A stretch of 64,000 nucleotides of DNA from a virus (lineage: Duplodnaviria > Caudoviricetes). Below the pieces are notes generated by a model. That model was given only the letters and a program-made list of their open reading frames with translations. It ran no database searches and was not told the origin of the DNA. The stretch is taken from IMG/VR virus record IMGVR_UViG_3300031555_002578. The stretch is one strand, 5' to 3'. Position numbers and translations under genes: made by a program. Below are positions 61,780 through 64,000 of the stretch, piece after piece. The first letter of the stretch is position 1. Each line of letters starts with the position of its first letter.

Positions 61780-61844
61780 TGTGGATAACTTTTATACCCT
61801 ACTGTATTTATAGGAATACTAGCCTGTGGATAAATTGTGGATAA
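61780..61844 (-). promoter_or_regulatory. Three perfect DnaA boxes
   Basis: TGTGGATAA (reverse complement TTATCCACA) at 61780-61788, 61825-61833 and 61836-61844. Confidence 0.8.
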
Positions 61845-62580
61845 CTTTATTCATAGTAGAATTGTGGGGAATTATCATTTTTGAGAATAATTTGATTTTC
61901 AAATTTATGTCGAAAATCTATCAATTAGCAGAAAATATAAATTTTATCTATAGATTTTTGCCCCTGTTTTTGTCCTTGTGTTATATACAGATGTGTTTAT
62001 ACAGAGGACACAAAACGGGGTCTGGTATAATCCCCACTATTTTAATAGGATATAATATACCAGAAATCTAGTGTCCTTGCCACAAAAACAAATGTCCACA
62101 GGTTGCACTTTCCCCAGAATTGCAATTACTTTGACACTGTATCACTTTACTTGACTAAAGCATGGGGGTACTTTAACATTTTAACGCACTAAAGCGTGTC
62201 CCACGGCACACAGAGCAACTCTATCTACACACCAAAGAAATTTTTACCTTAAATTTTTCACCACACGAATCTATTCACGATTTACTCCCCTATCCCCTAC
62301 TCCAAAAATGAAAATTTTATTTCAAAATACTCCCCTACTCTCCATTGGGTTTTCAATTTACTCCCAAAAACACCCCTCCCCTATCGTAAATTTAACGATA
62401 ATATTGTAATATTTTTTATAAAAAAATTCAATTTAATACAAATAAATCCTATTTTAAATCAAAAATGTAAAAATTTTATCTATTCTATATTTTTTAAATC
62501 TGCGTTCCTAAAACCAAAATATCAACTTGCCAAAACCCCTCCCCTACCCTATAATATACATTAAGAAAGGAGATGTTTTT

Positions 62581-63321
62581 ATGGAAATATACGATTATAT
62601 TTATTGGGGAGACTATAATAAACGTATGGATGAATTGGCAACTTTAACTAATGAAGAATGGAATTATGGCACACGCACAGATAATCATATTTTAAAAAAA
62701 TATATGAGACACACATATTGGAAATTAGAAGAAGAAGGTAAAGTAATTCGCACTGATTCTTATACTATTTTTAACACAGGTCTTTTCACTTCAATTTATG
62801 AACCAATTTATGTTTTAGCAAATAAAGCATCAGAAGGATATACAAGTGATTGGATATTTGCAGGATTTTATACTGAGTATGAACTTGGACATATTGGTAT
62901 TTATGAACTACCAGAAAGAGCAAATTATTTCCAAGACCCTTCCCTTCTTATTTTTGACCCAAATTGCAAAATTAACGTTCAATATAAACATATCCTTGAA
63001 GATGAAGATAATAAACGTAGACTAGAAGAAATTTTAGGAGAAAATCAAAATATTATCTCTTTGCTTCGTGGAGAAATAGAAATGATGAAGTTAAAAGTTT
63101 CTGCAAATTATAAATTAGCAGTGCCACAATATTTTAATGGCAAGATTCAACTTCTTCTTCCTCTTTGTTTAAATGATGGTGTTACACCAGACCTTGCTCT
63201 TGTAGTAACAAAAAATGATAGTGGTAATTTTTATCAAGGACATACTTGTTTAACTATTGACATGGCTTATAGTAATGCAAGATTAATAGCCAAACCTACA
63301 ACTAATTGGCTATTATTATAA
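62581..63321 (+). CDS. DUF3825-domain protein
   Basis: FNTGL, AVPQYFNGKIQLLLPL, T.LT..MAY.NARLI motifs; start moved to the ATG at 62581 after AAAGGAG. Confidence 0.8.
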   Translation: MEIYDYIYWGDYNKRMDELATLTNEEWNYGTRTDNHILKKYMRHTYWKLEEEGKVIRTDSYTIFNTGLFTSIYEPIYVLANKASEGYTSDWIFAGFYTEYELGHIGIYELPERANYFQDPSLLIFDPNCKINVQYKHILEDEDNKRRLEEILGENQNIISLLRGEIEMMKLKVSANYKLAVPQYFNGKIQLLLPLCLNDGVTPDLALVVTKNDSGNFYQGHTCLTIDMAYSNARLIAKPTTNWLLL

Positions 63322-63359
63322 CTGCAACAACAAAAAAAATAAAATTTAATATTTAGATG

Positions 63360-63390
63360 AAAAAGTGCTGTCGCAAGATGGCACTTTTTT
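63360..63390 (+). terminator. Intrinsic terminator (possibly bidirectional)
   Basis: AAAAAGTGCTGTC-GCAA-GATGGCACTTTTTT. Confidence 0.8.
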
Positions 63391-63463
63391 CATCTCCTAA
63401 TTAGGTGCAAATTTTTATAAAAAGTAGAAATATAAAAGAAAAAATATTTAAGGAGTTGTTAAT

Positions 63464-63922
63464 ATGATTTATGTTTCTAAATATGCCCTTGGAGATGAAT
63501 TTACAATAGAACATCTTAAATTGACAGGGTATGATTACATTCCAGAAAATATTAAATGTTATGTATCTCACATTGTTGCACTAGAAACCAATTATATAAT
63601 TCAATTATCTGTAGCAAAAGATTATCTTGAATATAAAAAAGATGATTTTTTAATGCACATTTATTATTGTATAGAAGATTATTATAAAGAGCCAGAATTT
63701 GCACAAACTTATCCTACTTATTTAGAGATACAAGATGTAATTGTAGATTCTTTTACTAAGCGTTGGTTTAAATTAGAATCAATAGAAGTTGATTATAAAA
63801 ATGGTATTAAATATTGGTTTAAATCTTCTGATGAAAAAGAAATAGAATATAAAGAAGAAAAAATAAAATTTTATATAAAAAATGGAATATTCAAATTAAT
63901 AAGATTTAAAAATGAAAAATAA
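63464..63922 (+). CDS. Hypothetical protein
   Basis: 152-aa ORF with AAGGAG RBS. Confidence 0.7.
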   Translation: MIYVSKYALGDEFTIEHLKLTGYDYIPENIKCYVSHIVALETNYIIQLSVAKDYLEYKKDDFLMHIYYCIEDYYKEPEFAQTYPTYLEIQDVIVDSFTKRWFKLESIEVDYKNGIKYWFKSSDEKEIEYKEEKIKFYIKNGIFKLIRFKNEK

Positions 63923-64000
63923 AAAACAAAAATAAAGGAAAAACTTAATTTTGCATCAAAATCGTATATATATTATATTTTATCTTTTATAGGTGTCTAT

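Larger units (their letters stand above)
60250..62520. other. Non-coding strand-switch region, putative replication origin or genome-end control region
   Basis: No credible ORFs, gene orientation flips, DnaA boxes and several repeated palindromes. Confidence 0.65.

Noticed and set aside
61826-62071. 81-aa plus-strand ORF
   Set aside because: Starts inside a DnaA box, has no RBS and lies in the non-coding control region.

Overview
AT-rich 64-kb segment of a large tailed-phage genome, most likely infecting a Firmicute/Clostridia host (inferred from the clostridial-type GroEL, sigma-A promoters with extended -10 TG, and strong SD sites). Almost all genes from 1 to 60.2 kb lie on the minus strand. 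Left arm: groEL (truncated by the window edge), groES, a Pol-beta nucleotidyltransferase and a sigma-70/DUF262-like fusion. 10.3-15.1 kb: an RNA island with four canonical tRNAs, four tRNAs with remodelled anticodon loops, four tRNA-capped RNAs carrying unrelated cargo, a heptamer-repeat ncRNA paired with a coiled-coil protein gene, and further large structured RNAs. 15-27 kb: MazF-like RNase, KptA, tyrosine recombinase, cyclic-phosphate receiver protein and many small ORFs. 27-60 kb: an early-type region of small genes with about 22 related sigma-A promoter cassettes and long intergenic hairpins. 60.2-62.5 kb: a non-coding strand-switch region with three perfect DnaA boxes and several palindrome families, followed by two plus-strand genes. 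No virion structural genes or CRISPR array were seen. All family names come from motif recognition by eye, not from database searches.
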